64,000 nucleotides of DNA from an uncultured delta proteobacterium (lineage in GTDB: Bacteria > Myxococcota > Myxococcia > Myxococcales > Anaeromyxobacteraceae). The notes beneath the pieces are model-generated. The model was given only the letters and a program-made list of their open reading frames with translations, was not told the DNA's origin and made no database searches. How positions within the stretch are numbered: position 1 is the stretch's first letter; each line of letters starts with the position of its first letter. Positions 23,740-32,655 of the stretch are shown piece after piece. Where the stretch lies: positions 256,001-320,000 of the forward strand of contig CAVYBH010000012.1 of the NCBI GenBank assembly GCA_963766715.1, read 5' to 3'. The position numbers were made by a program, and so were the translations under genes.

Positions 23740-25527
23740 ATGACGACGACATCCAGGAACCTCGTCCAGGTGTTCGAGGAGCAGGTGTCCCGCCGGGGGG
23801 ACGCCACCGCGGTGACCTTCAAGCGGGGAGGGGCCTGGCAGCAGGTCTCCTGGAAGGAGCTGGGACGGCGCGCCCGCGACGCGGCCGACGGCCTGGCGTC
23901 GCTCGGCGTGAAGCCCGGCGATCGGGTCTCGATCGTCGCCGACACCTGCTACGAGTGGATCATCGCCGACGTGGCCATCATGGCGGCGGGCGCCATCACC
24001 GTTCCCATCTACCAGTCGAACCCGGCCCACGAGGTGCAGTACATCCTGCACGACGCGGGCGCGTCCTGGGTCTTCGTCGACCACGACCACCAGGCCGCCA
24101 AGATCCGGGAGGAGGCCGCCAAGCTGCCCGACGTGAAGGGCGTGATCCGCTTCTTCGGGGATCCGGAGGCCGCGCACGAGCAGACCCTGGCCGCGCTGGA
24201 GCAGGCCGGCGTGGCCTGGCGGGCCCAGAACCCCGCCGCCCACGCGGCGCGCGTGGCCGCGGTGCAGTCGTCCGACGCCGCCTCCTACCTCTACACGTCC
24301 GGCACCACCGGCAACCCCAAGGGCGTGGTCCTGACCCACGGGAACTGGACCTACGAGGCCGAGGCGGTCGCCGAGCTGAAGATCGTCCGCCAGGACGACA
24401 TGGTGCTCCTCTTCCTCCCCATGGCGCACTCCTTCGCCAAGGTGATCGAGGCGGTCTGGTTCGGCGAGGGGGCGACGGCGGCCTTCGTCGAGTCCATCGA
24501 CAAGATCGTCGACAACGCGCAGGAGATCCGGCCGACGGTCATGCCCTCCGTGCCGCGCATCTTCGAGAAGGCCTACGAGGCCGTGGTCGCCAAGGGGCTC
24601 GGGACGCCCGGGGTGAAGGGCTGGCTGTTCGGCGTGGCGCTCGGGGGCTTCGACGCCTGGTCCGACGGCCAGGACCGGGGCATCGAGGTGAAGACCCTCG
24701 GCTTCCGGATGGGCGAGAAGCTGGTCTTCCCCAAGCTGTCCGCGGCGCTGAAGGAGCGGTTCGGCGGCCGGATGCGCCTCTTCGTGTCGGGCGGGGCGCC
24801 GCTCGCCAACAAGGTGGAGCGGTTCTTCACCCTGCTCGGGTTCACGGTGCTCGAGGGCTACGGCCTCACCGAGACGTCGGCCGGGACCTGCGTGAACCGC
24901 ATCGGTCGCTCCAAGATCGACACGGTCGGCCCGCCGGTCCCGGGGACGGTGGTCAAGATCGCCGAGGACGGCGAGATCCTGATCAAGGGGGGCGGGGTGA
25001 TGAAGGAGTACTACCGGCGGCCGGAGGCGACCGCCGAGGTGCTCAAGGACGGCTGGCTCTACACCGGCGACATCGGCGAGCTCGACGCCGACGGCTACCT
25101 CAAGATCACCGACCGGAAGAAGGACCTCATCAAGACCTCGGGGGGCAAGTACATCGCCCCGCAGAACCTCGAGAACGAGCTCAAGATGGATCCGATCATC
25201 TCCCAGGCCGTGATCCACGGCGATCAGCGCAAGTTCGTCACGGCGCTCATCACGCTGAGCCCGGAGACGGCTCGCAAGTGGGCCTCCGATCAGGGCATCG
25301 CCGAGGAAGAGGCGCTGCACACCCACCCGAAGGTCAAGGCCCGGGTACAGCAGGCCATCGACGCGCTGAACGCCAAGCAGGCCAGCTACGCGACCATCAA
25401 GAAGTTCGCCATCCTGGAGGCCGACTTCACCCAGGAGCGCGGCGACCTCACCCCCACGCTCAAGGTGAAGAGGAAGGTCGTCACCGAGCGTCACAAGAAG
25501 CTGCTCGACTCGTTCTACACCGAGTGA
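23740..25527 (+). CDS. long-chain fatty acyl-CoA synthetase
   Basis: YTSGTTGNPKG, EGYGLTET, GWLYTGDIG, DRKKDLI, LTPTLKVKR. Confidence 0.93.
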   Translation: MTTTSRNLVQVFEEQVSRRGDATAVTFKRGGAWQQVSWKELGRRARDAADGLASLGVKPGDRVSIVADTCYEWIIADVAIMAAGAITVPIYQSNPAHEVQYILHDAGASWVFVDHDHQAAKIREEAAKLPDVKGVIRFFGDPEAAHEQTLAALEQAGVAWRAQNPAAHAARVAAVQSSDAASYLYTSGTTGNPKGVVLTHGNWTYEAEAVAELKIVRQDDMVLLFLPMAHSFAKVIEAVWFGEGATAAFVESIDKIVDNAQEIRPTVMPSVPRIFEKAYEAVVAKGLGTPGVKGWLFGVALGGFDAWSDGQDRGIEVKTLGFRMGEKLVFPKLSAALKERFGGRMRLFVSGGAPLANKVERFFTLLGFTVLEGYGLTETSAGTCVNRIGRSKIDTVGPPVPGTVVKIAEDGEILIKGGGVMKEYYRRPEATAEVLKDGWLYTGDIGELDADGYLKITDRKKDLIKTSGGKYIAPQNLENELKMDPIISQAVIHGDQRKFVTALITLSPETARKWASDQGIAEEEALHTHPKVKARVQQAIDALNAKQASYATIKKFAILEADFTQERGDLTPTLKVKRKVVTERHKKLLDSFYTE

Positions 25528-25540
25528 CGGCCGGCCGTCC

Positions 25541-25569
25541 TTGACACCCCGGTGGCCCGGGACTAAACG
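25541..25569 (+). promoter_or_regulatory. putative sigma70 promoter for the SCP2 gene
   Basis: TTGACA-N17-TAAACG. Confidence 0.5.
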
Positions 25570-25608
25570 CAGATCGATTCCAGAGTCAGCCGAGGAGGAC
25601 GACCCCCG

Positions 25609-25938
25609 ATGGCAGCCGAGAGCGTCAAGGACGTGTTCGAGCGACACATGCCGGAGAAGCTGAAGACCAAGCCGGACGTGGTCGCCAAGATCAACGCCAT
25701 CTACCAGTTCAACATCTCCGGCCCCAACGGCGGCCAGTGGTCGGTCGACTGCACGCAACCCGGCGGGAGCATCACCACCGGTACGTCGGCGGGCGCGAAG
25801 TGCACCGTGAACGCCACCGATGCCGATTTCCTGAACATCGTGAACGGGAAGCTCAATCCACAGATGGCCTTCATGTCCGGGAAGCTGAAGATCCAGGGCG
25901 ACATGGGGCTCGCGATGAAGCTGCAGCAGATCCTCTGA
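25609..25938 (+). CDS. SCP2 sterol/lipid-binding domain protein
   Basis: YQFNISG, LNPQMAFMSGKLKIQGDMGLAMKL. Confidence 0.93.
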   Translation: MAAESVKDVFERHMPEKLKTKPDVVAKINAIYQFNISGPNGGQWSVDCTQPGGSITTGTSAGAKCTVNATDADFLNIVNGKLNPQMAFMSGKLKIQGDMGLAMKLQQIL

Positions 25939-25955
25939 GACCGGCGCGGCCTCCG

Positions 25956-27131
25956 GTGGGCGCGCCTCCGCTCCAGGGTCTTCGGGTACTCGACCTCTCC
26001 CGGCTGCTGCCGGGGCCCTACGCCACGATGGTCCTCGCCGACCTGGGCGCGGACGTCGTGAAGCTCGAGGATCCGGCCGGTGGCGACTACCTCCGCTGGA
26101 TGCCGCCGATGGCCGGCGAGCAGTCCGGCTTCTTCCACGCGCTCAACCGCAACAAGCGGTCGCTGGCGCTCGACCTGCGCCGGCCGGAGGGGCCGGAGGT
26201 CCTGCTTCGCCTGGCGCGCGGATTCGACGTGGTGGTGGAGTCGTTCCGGCCCGGCGTCGTCGACCGGCTGGGCGTGGGGTACGAGGCGCTCCAGCGGGTG
26301 AATCCGGCGATCGTCCTCTGCTCCATCTCCGGCTACGGCCAGGAGGGGCCGTACCGCGATCGCGCCGGCCACGACATCGACTACGTGGCCGTGGCGGGCG
26401 TCCTGGCCGTGAACGGCCCCCCCGACCGGCCGGTGCCGCTGGGGGTGCAGGTGGCCGACGTCGCGGGCGGCTCCTGGCCCGCCGTGGCAGGAATCCTGGC
26501 GGCGCTGGTCGGCCGGGCGACGACCGGACGCGGGGCGCACGTGGACATCGCCATGGCCGAGGGAGCGCTGGCCATGCTGGCGCTCCAGCAGGGGGCGGCG
26601 GACGCGCGGGGCTCGAGCCTGCGGCGCGGACGGGAGCAGTTGAACGGCGGCTCCGCCTGCTACGCGGTGTACCGGGCCCGGGATGGCGGGTTCGTCGCCC
26701 TGGGCGCGCTGGAGCCCAAGTTCTTCCGGGCCTTCTGCGAGGCGGTGGGGCGCCCCGAGCTGGCCGATCGACAGTTCGACGACGACGGCGCCGGGCCTCG
26801 CGCCGAGGTCGAGGCGATCTTCGCCACCCGGACGCGCGCGGAGTGGGGCGAGTTCGCGGGCCGGCACGACGTCTGCGTGATGCCGGTGCTGGAGGGGGAC
26901 GAGCCCCGGCTCGATCCCCAGGTGGCCCATCGCCGGAGCTTCGTCGAGGTCCCGACTCCCTGGGAGGGCAAGGCCATGCCCGGGATCGCCTCGCCGGTGC
27001 GGATCCTCGGCGTGGAGGCGCCGCTCCGGCCGGCCCCGCGGATCGGCGCCGACACGGACGACGTCCTCCGCGAGGGGGGGCTCGTCCCGGACGAGATCGC
27101 CGCGCTGCGCCGCTGCGGTGCGCTCGGCTGA
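25956..27131 (+). CDS. CaiB/BaiF family CoA-transferase (alpha-methylacyl-CoA racemase-like)
   Basis: LRVLDLSRLLPGP, LNRNKRS, ESFRPGV, AGHDIDY, GALEPKF. Confidence 0.92.
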   Translation: MGAPPLQGLRVLDLSRLLPGPYATMVLADLGADVVKLEDPAGGDYLRWMPPMAGEQSGFFHALNRNKRSLALDLRRPEGPEVLLRLARGFDVVVESFRPGVVDRLGVGYEALQRVNPAIVLCSISGYGQEGPYRDRAGHDIDYVAVAGVLAVNGPPDRPVPLGVQVADVAGGSWPAVAGILAALVGRATTGRGAHVDIAMAEGALAMLALQQGAADARGSSLRRGREQLNGGSACYAVYRARDGGFVALGALEPKFFRAFCEAVGRPELADRQFDDDGAGPRAEVEAIFATRTRAEWGEFAGRHDVCVMPVLEGDEPRLDPQVAHRRSFVEVPTPWEGKAMPGIASPVRILGVEAPLRPAPRIGADTDDVLREGGLVPDEIAALRRCGALG

Positions 27132-27154
27132 TCCCGGGCGCGCGCGCCGGTGTC

Positions 27155-27183
27155 TTGACACCGGTGGCCGCGGCCGATAGCAG
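27155..27183 (+). promoter_or_regulatory. putative sigma70 promoter for the leader ORF / metal-uptake operon
   Basis: TTGACA-N17-TAGCAG; the -35 lies inside an 8-2-8 inverted repeat. Confidence 0.45.
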
Positions 27184-27192
27184 GAAGGGGCC

Positions 27193-27450
27193 GTGCGCGT
27201 CCTCGTCGCCATCGCCGCCATCGCCGTGCTCCTCTCGGGCGTGGCCTCGCCGCATCACCACGCGGCGCCCGGCAGCACGCACGAGTGCGTCGCCTGCGTG
27301 GCGGGCGGAGCCCTCGAGGCCCGCGACGCCACCCCCGATCTCCCCCCGCCGTCCTCCTCCCCGGCCGCGCTGGCCGCCGACCTCGCCCCGGGTCCGGCGA
27401 CCGGGTTTCCGATGGGTGCCGTCTCCGGGCAGTCGCCTCCGCTCGCCTAG
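27193..27450 (+). CDS. small His/Cys leader protein, DUF2946/CruR-like architecture
   Basis: Hydrophobic N-terminus, HHH, HECVAC, Pro-rich spacer, C-terminal GQSPPLA. Confidence 0.7.
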   Translation: MRVLVAIAAIAVLLSGVASPHHHAAPGSTHECVACVAGGALEARDATPDLPPPSSSPAALAADLAPGPATGFPMGAVSGQSPPLA

Positions 27451-27510
27451 CCGCGTCCGTTCCCGCCGTTCCAGGACGTCGATGCGCGCTCCCGCGCGGA
27501 GGAATTACCC

Positions 27511-28692
27511 ATGGTGAATATGGTGGTGCTGTCGTTGCTCGCCGCGCAAGCGGTGGCGCCGGCCTCCCCGGGCGCGCCGCCCGCGGCTCCGGAGCCCGCC
27601 GCCGACGAGAGGAAGGCGCTGGCGGAGAAGGTGAAGCAGGACATCGGGGCCCAGGGACAGCCGTTCCCGACCAACGGGCTCAACGTGGGAGCGCCGGGCG
27701 GCATCCCGATGGGGAAGCTCCTGCTCCTGCCCGAGATCGCCGCGGTCGTGGACGGCGCGCTCGGGTACACCACGCTGTCCACCGACCAGCAGACGCTCAC
27801 GGCCAATCCCCTGCCGCAGCACAAGGCCTGGCCGCTGCTCCAGGAGGTGGAGCTGGCCTTCCAGGCCACGGTCGATCCCTACGTCCGGGGCGACATCTTC
27901 ATCACCTTCGGCGAGGAGGGAGTGGAGGTGGAGGAGGCCTTCCTGACCTCGCTCTCGCTCCCGTGGGGCCTGCAGGTGAAGGCCGGCAAGATCTACGCCC
28001 CGTTCGGCCGCACGAGCCAGCTCCACCGGCACCAGTGGGACTTCGTCGACCAGCCGCTCTCGATGCAGCGGCTGGTGGGGGCGGAGGGGCTGAACGGCGC
28101 CGGGGCGGACCTGGCGTGGCTCGCGCCGCTCCCCTGGTTCGCCGAGCTGCACCTGGCCTACCAGGCCACGAGCCCGGGCTTCGACGCCGCCGTGAAGCAG
28201 CTCACCGGAACGGCTCGGCTCATCCAGTACTTCGACCTGGCCGACTGGGCCACGATGGGCGTGGGGCTCTCCTGGTCGCTCTTCCAGGCCGAGGGACCCG
28301 TGCAGTGGAAGAACCTCGCGGGCGCCGACCTCTACGTGAAGTTCCGCGACCCGACGAGCCGGTCCTACGTCCTGCTCCAGGGGGAGGCCTACGCCCGGCA
28401 ACTCGATCCGCAGGCCCTGTCGGCCGCGACCTGGGGCGGCTACGGCCAGGTGATCTGGCGCATCGACCGGGAGTGGGACGTGGGCGCACGCTACGACAGC
28501 GCGCCCGCGCCCGTGGCGCTCGCCCCCGGGACGCAGCAGACCTGGACCGTGCTCGGGACCTACATCCCCAGCGAGTTCTTCCGGGTGCGTCTCCAGCCGT
28601 CTTTCGTGCAGCTTCCCGGGGGCCAGACCGGCTTCCAGGGGTTCCTCAGCTTCGAGTTCACCATCGGCGCCCACGGGGCGCATCCGTTCTAG
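27511..28692 (+). CDS. outer-membrane beta-barrel associated with Zn/metal uptake
   Basis: Signal peptide, EEAFLT, FGRTSQLHRHQWDFVDQP, C-terminal IGAHGAHPF; first gene of the metal ABC operon. Confidence 0.8.
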   Translation: MVNMVVLSLLAAQAVAPASPGAPPAAPEPAADERKALAEKVKQDIGAQGQPFPTNGLNVGAPGGIPMGKLLLLPEIAAVVDGALGYTTLSTDQQTLTANPLPQHKAWPLLQEVELAFQATVDPYVRGDIFITFGEEGVEVEEAFLTSLSLPWGLQVKAGKIYAPFGRTSQLHRHQWDFVDQPLSMQRLVGAEGLNGAGADLAWLAPLPWFAELHLAYQATSPGFDAAVKQLTGTARLIQYFDLADWATMGVGLSWSLFQAEGPVQWKNLAGADLYVKFRDPTSRSYVLLQGEAYARQLDPQALSAATWGGYGQVIWRIDREWDVGARYDSAPAPVALAPGTQQTWTVLGTYIPSEFFRVRLQPSFVQLPGGQTGFQGFLSFEFTIGAHGAHPF

Positions 28693-28701
28693 GAGGCCAC
28701 C

Positions 28702-29614
28702 ATGAGCTCGCATGCCATCCGGCTGGCCCTGGCCGGGCTTCTCGCCTCCCTGGCGGCGCCCGCCGTGGCCGCGGTCGACGTCGTCACCAGCACGGAGGGG
28801 CTCGCGGCCCTCGTGCGCGAGGTGGGCGGGGACAAGGTGAAGGTGACGAGCCTCTCGCGGGGCGTGCAGGACCCGCACTTCGTCGACCCCAATCCGTCCC
28901 TGGCCGTGAAGCTCCGGAACGCCGACCTGCTCGTGGACATGGGGCTGGAGCTCGAGGTGGGCTGGCTGCCGCCGCTCGTCACCCAGTCCAGGAACGGGTC
29001 GATCCAGCCGGGTGGGGCGCGTCGACTCACGGCGGCGAGCGCCATCACGCCGCTCGACCTTCCCACCGGGCCGGTGGACAGGAGCCAGGGCGACATCCAT
29101 CCGTCCGGGAATCCCCACTTCCTGTCCGATCCCCGGAGGGCGATGCAGGTCGCGGCCGCCATCGCGGCGCGGCTCGCCGACATCGACCCCGGGAACGCGA
29201 GCCACTACCAGGCCCGGCTGCAGGACTTCCAGGCCCGGGTGACCGCGGCGGAGAAGGGCTGGAGGGCCCAGCTCGCGCCCCTGGCCGGCCGGAGCGTCAT
29301 CACCCAGCACAAGACGCTCACCTACCTGCTCGACTGGGCGGGGCTCAAGGCGGCCGGGTACCTGGAGCCCAAGCCAGGGATCGCGCCTCCGCCGTCGCAC
29401 GTGGCGAGCCTGGCGGGCACGGTGAAGGCGGCGGGCGTGAAGGGGGTGCTCGTCGAGAGCTACTACGACCCGCGCTCGGCGAACCAGCTTCGAGACCTCA
29501 CCGGCGTGAAGGTGCTCGTCGTTCCCGGGGACGTGGGCGGATTCGAAGGAGGCCTCCGGGTACGTTCCCTGGATGGACGTCCTCGTGAAGGCGCTCGTGC
29601 AGGCGGTACAGTAG
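28702..29614 (+). CDS. metal (Zn/Mn) ABC transporter substrate-binding protein, ZnuA-like (frameshift near 29545)
   Basis: QDPHF, GLELEVGWL, GDIHPSGNPHF, QHKTL, EPKPGIAP. Confidence 0.9.
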
Positions 29615-29617
29615 GCC

Positions 29618-30379
29618 GTGGCCCCGCTCATCCGACTCGACGACGCGTCCATCGGATACGGTGGCCGGACGCTCCTCGACGGGGTCACCGTCGAGGTGGA
29701 GCCCGAGGATTTCCTCGCGGTGGTGGGGCCGAACGGCGGCGGAAAGACCACGCTCCTCCGCACGCTGCTCGGGCTCCTGCCGCCCGTCTCCGGACGCCGC
29801 AGCGCCGAGCCCCTGCGGGTGGGGTACGTGCCGCAGCGCGACCACGTCGACGCGCTCTGGCCGCTCTCGTGCCAGGACGTGGTCGTCATGGGACGGGTCC
29901 CGGGAGTCGGACCGTGGGGGCGCATCGGCCGCGCCGACGTCGAGGCCGCCGAGCGGGCGCTCGACCGGGTGGGACTCCCCACCCTCGGGAAGCGGGCCTT
30001 CGGGACGCTCTCCGGCGGGCAGCGCCAGCGGACGCTCATCGCCCGCGCGCTGGCCTCCGAGCCCCGGCTGCTGGCCCTCGACGAGCCCACCAACGGGATG
30101 GATCCTTCCGCGGAGCTCTCGGCGATGGACCTCCTGCGCGACCTGCACGCGGCCGGCGGGCTGGCGGTGGTGATGATCTCGCACCGGCTCGAGGCGGTCG
30201 CGAACTACGCCCGGCGGCTCGCCTTCGTCGACAAGGATCAGGGGCTCTGGAAGGTGGGGCCCCTCGAGGAGATGCTCCGCCCGGAGGCCCTCTCGCGGCT
30301 CTACGGCCGGGAGGTCATCGTTCGCGAGGAAGAGGGGCGCCGCTTCGTCTACCCGGTGGCCGGCGGGGGTGCGCGATGA
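29618..30379 (+). CDS. metal ABC transporter ATP-binding protein, ZnuC-like
   Basis: GPNGGGKTT, GYVPQ, LSGGQRQR, LDEPTNGMD. Confidence 0.92.
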   Translation: MAPLIRLDDASIGYGGRTLLDGVTVEVEPEDFLAVVGPNGGGKTTLLRTLLGLLPPVSGRRSAEPLRVGYVPQRDHVDALWPLSCQDVVVMGRVPGVGPWGRIGRADVEAAERALDRVGLPTLGKRAFGTLSGGQRQRTLIARALASEPRLLALDEPTNGMDPSAELSAMDLLRDLHAAGGLAVVMISHRLEAVANYARRLAFVDKDQGLWKVGPLEEMLRPEALSRLYGREVIVREEEGRRFVYPVAGGGAR

Positions 30380-31252
30380 GCGCGCTCTCCGAGTTCTGGT
30401 CGGCCGCCGTCATCTGGCGGGACCCGCTGATTGCGTCGGTGCTCGCGGGCGCGCTGCTGGGTTTCCTGGGCGTGTACGTCGTCCTCCGGCGGGTGGTCTT
30501 CGTGTCGGCCGCGCTGACCCAGCTCTCGACCCTGGGCGTGATCGTGGCGCTGCTCGTGCTGGAGCACTTCGACCTCGAGACCGACCACCAGGAGATCCAG
30601 CTCTTCGTGGCCTGGATCTTCTCCGTGGGCGGGGGGCTGGTGCTCGGGACGCTGGGGTGGGGGAGGCGCCTGCCCACCGAGGCGGGGGTGGGAATGGCCT
30701 ACGTCCTCGCCGGGGCGCTCGTCATCCTGGGCGCCAACCGGCTCGTCCACGTCGCCCACGACCTCAACACCATGGTGTTCGGCAACGCGGTGGCGGTGCC
30801 CTTCCAGGACGTGGTGATCCTGCTCGTGGTCACGGCGGTGGTGGCCGTCCTCCACACGCTCTTCCAGAAGGAGATCGTCTTCTCCTCCTTCGACCGGGAG
30901 ACCGCGGAGGCCATGGGCGTGAAGGTCGGGCTCTGGGGTGGGGTCCTCTTCTTCACCATCGGGCTCGCCATCCCCGTGGCGGCGCACGTGGTCGGCGCGC
31001 TCCCGGTCTTCGCCTTCCTCACCATCCCCGCCAGCGCGGCCCTGCTCGCGACCCGGCGCCTCCCGGCCGCCTTCGGCGTGGCGACCCTGCTCGGGGCCGT
31101 GGCCGCCGGGGGAGGGTACGTGGGCTCCTGGATTGAGGTGGGGCGGGTACGTGGGTTCCTGGATCCTGCAGGTCCCTACCGGGGCGACGATGGTGGCGGT
31201 GGCCGGAGCGCTCGTCCTCCCGGCGTGGCTCTGGAGGCGTTTCGGCGGCTAG
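30376..31252 (+). CDS. metal ABC transporter permease, ZnuB-like (31-bp duplication shifts frame near 31135)
   Basis: LGVYVVLRR, FGN, SFDRETAEAMG, IPASAA, PTGATMV; many TM helices. Confidence 0.9.
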
Positions 31253-31278
31253 TCTCCGGCGTTGGTCCCCGAAAAGCC

Positions 31279-31307
31279 TTGACCACGGCGCCCACCGCGC
31301 ATACAAA
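31279..31307 (+). promoter_or_regulatory. sigma70 promoter of tRNA-fMet
   Basis: TTGACC-N17-TACAAA, 19 nt upstream of the tRNA. Confidence 0.6.
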
Positions 31308-31326
31308 CCTCCTCCCTTTCCACTGC

Positions 31327-31403
<77 letters not shown>

Positions 31404-31406
31404 GTA

Positions 31407-31450
31407 AAGACGCCGGTTTGGCTCAACTGCCAGGCCGGCGTTTTCGTTTC
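31407..31450 (+). terminator. intrinsic terminator after tRNA-fMet
   Basis: ACGCCGGTTTGGC-TCAACT-GCCAGGCCGGCGT followed by TTTCGTTTC. Confidence 0.75.
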
Positions 31451-31532
31451 TGGAAACCAGGCCGAGGCCACGACGCGGCCTGCGGAAGGCGCAGGACACC
31501 CGCCTGCCACCGGAGACCAGCCGCTCCCGTGT

Positions 31533-32600
31533 ATGCTGCGCCCCTGCTCACGACGTGTACGAGCATCGAGGAGCCGGCGCTTGGAACCACGGCTGGCGAC
31601 GTCCGACTTGTCGCAACTGCGAGCGCTACCCAAGGCGGAGGTCCACGTCCACCTCGAGGGGACCTTCGAGCCGTTCCAGCTCGAGAGCTGGGCCGCCGAG
31701 GCCGGCGTGCCGATGCCCCGTCCGCTCGAGGAGCTTCTTCGATTCGACGGGTTGGCAGACTTCCTGGGGTTTCTCGACTGGGCCTGTGGGCTGGCAAGTA
31801 CCCGGGACCGACTTGCCCGGCTGGCGCGAGCGTTCTCGGAGCGCCTGCATCGGGACGGGACGGGGTACGCGGACCTGATCGTCAACCCCAGTCACTGGAG
31901 TGCCTGGCGAGGACGGCTTCGCGAGATGCTGGACGCTCTCGACGCCGGCTTTCGCGAAGCCGAGCAGGACGGCTTGCCGTCGGTCGGCCTGTGCGTGAGC
32001 CTGCTGCGCACACAGTCGGAAGGCGAGGCCGTCGACCTTGTCGAACAGCTCACGGCGTGGCGGCACCCTCGAGTCGTTGCACTCTCGGTAGATGGAGACG
32101 AGGTCGCTGCCGGGCGGACGGGACCACGCTTTGCGGAAGCATTCAGGAGGGCCGGCGCCGGGGGCCTCCGGCGCACCGTGCACGCGGGAGAGTCCAGCGG
32201 TCCGGAGGGAGTCCGGGACGCCGTGGAGCTGCTGGGCGCGGACCGGATCGATCACGGCGTGCGCGCCATCGAGGACCAGGTCACGGTCGGGCTCCTCGTG
32301 GACAGGAGGATTCCGCTCGGCGTCTGCCCCAGCTCGAACCTGGCCTTGAAGGTCTACGCCTCGATGGACGAGCATCCGGTGGAAGCACTCCGGCGAGCCG
32401 GGGTGCTCGTGTCGCTCAATACCGATGATCCCAGCCTTCTCGGGACGACGTTGCCGCGCGAGTACTCGCTGTGCAGGGGCCACTTCGGATGGACCGATGG
32501 CGTCGTCCGGGATATCGCCGAGACGTCCATCACGGCCAGCTTCGCGAACGCGGACGTGAAGGCCCGGCTGCTAGACGACTTGCGCCGGTGGTCCGTCTAG
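31533..32600 (+). CDS. adenosine/adenine deaminase family; start uncertain
   Basis: LPKAEVHVHLEG, HAGE, RIDHG, CPSSN, NTDDP. Confidence 0.92.
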   Translation: MLRPCSRRVRASRSRRLEPRLATSDLSQLRALPKAEVHVHLEGTFEPFQLESWAAEAGVPMPRPLEELLRFDGLADFLGFLDWACGLASTRDRLARLARAFSERLHRDGTGYADLIVNPSHWSAWRGRLREMLDALDAGFREAEQDGLPSVGLCVSLLRTQSEGEAVDLVEQLTAWRHPRVVALSVDGDEVAAGRTGPRFAEAFRRAGAGGLRRTVHAGESSGPEGVRDAVELLGADRIDHGVRAIEDQVTVGLLVDRRIPLGVCPSSNLALKVYASMDEHPVEALRRAGVLVSLNTDDPSLLGTTLPREYSLCRGHFGWTDGVVRDIAETSITASFANADVKARLLDDLRRWSV

Positions 32601-32655
32601 CGCATGCCCCCTGGGGTGGCGTGGGTGGCTTGCGCGGAGGTTGGAGGAGAGGATC

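Noticed and set aside
31114..31164. Tandem near-duplicate GGGTACGTGGG(C/T)TCCTGGAT (31-bp offset) in the ZnuB-like gene as an att site or phase-variation repeat
   Set aside because: Removing one unit restores the frame exactly. This looks like a consensus stutter, though a real slippage event cannot be excluded.
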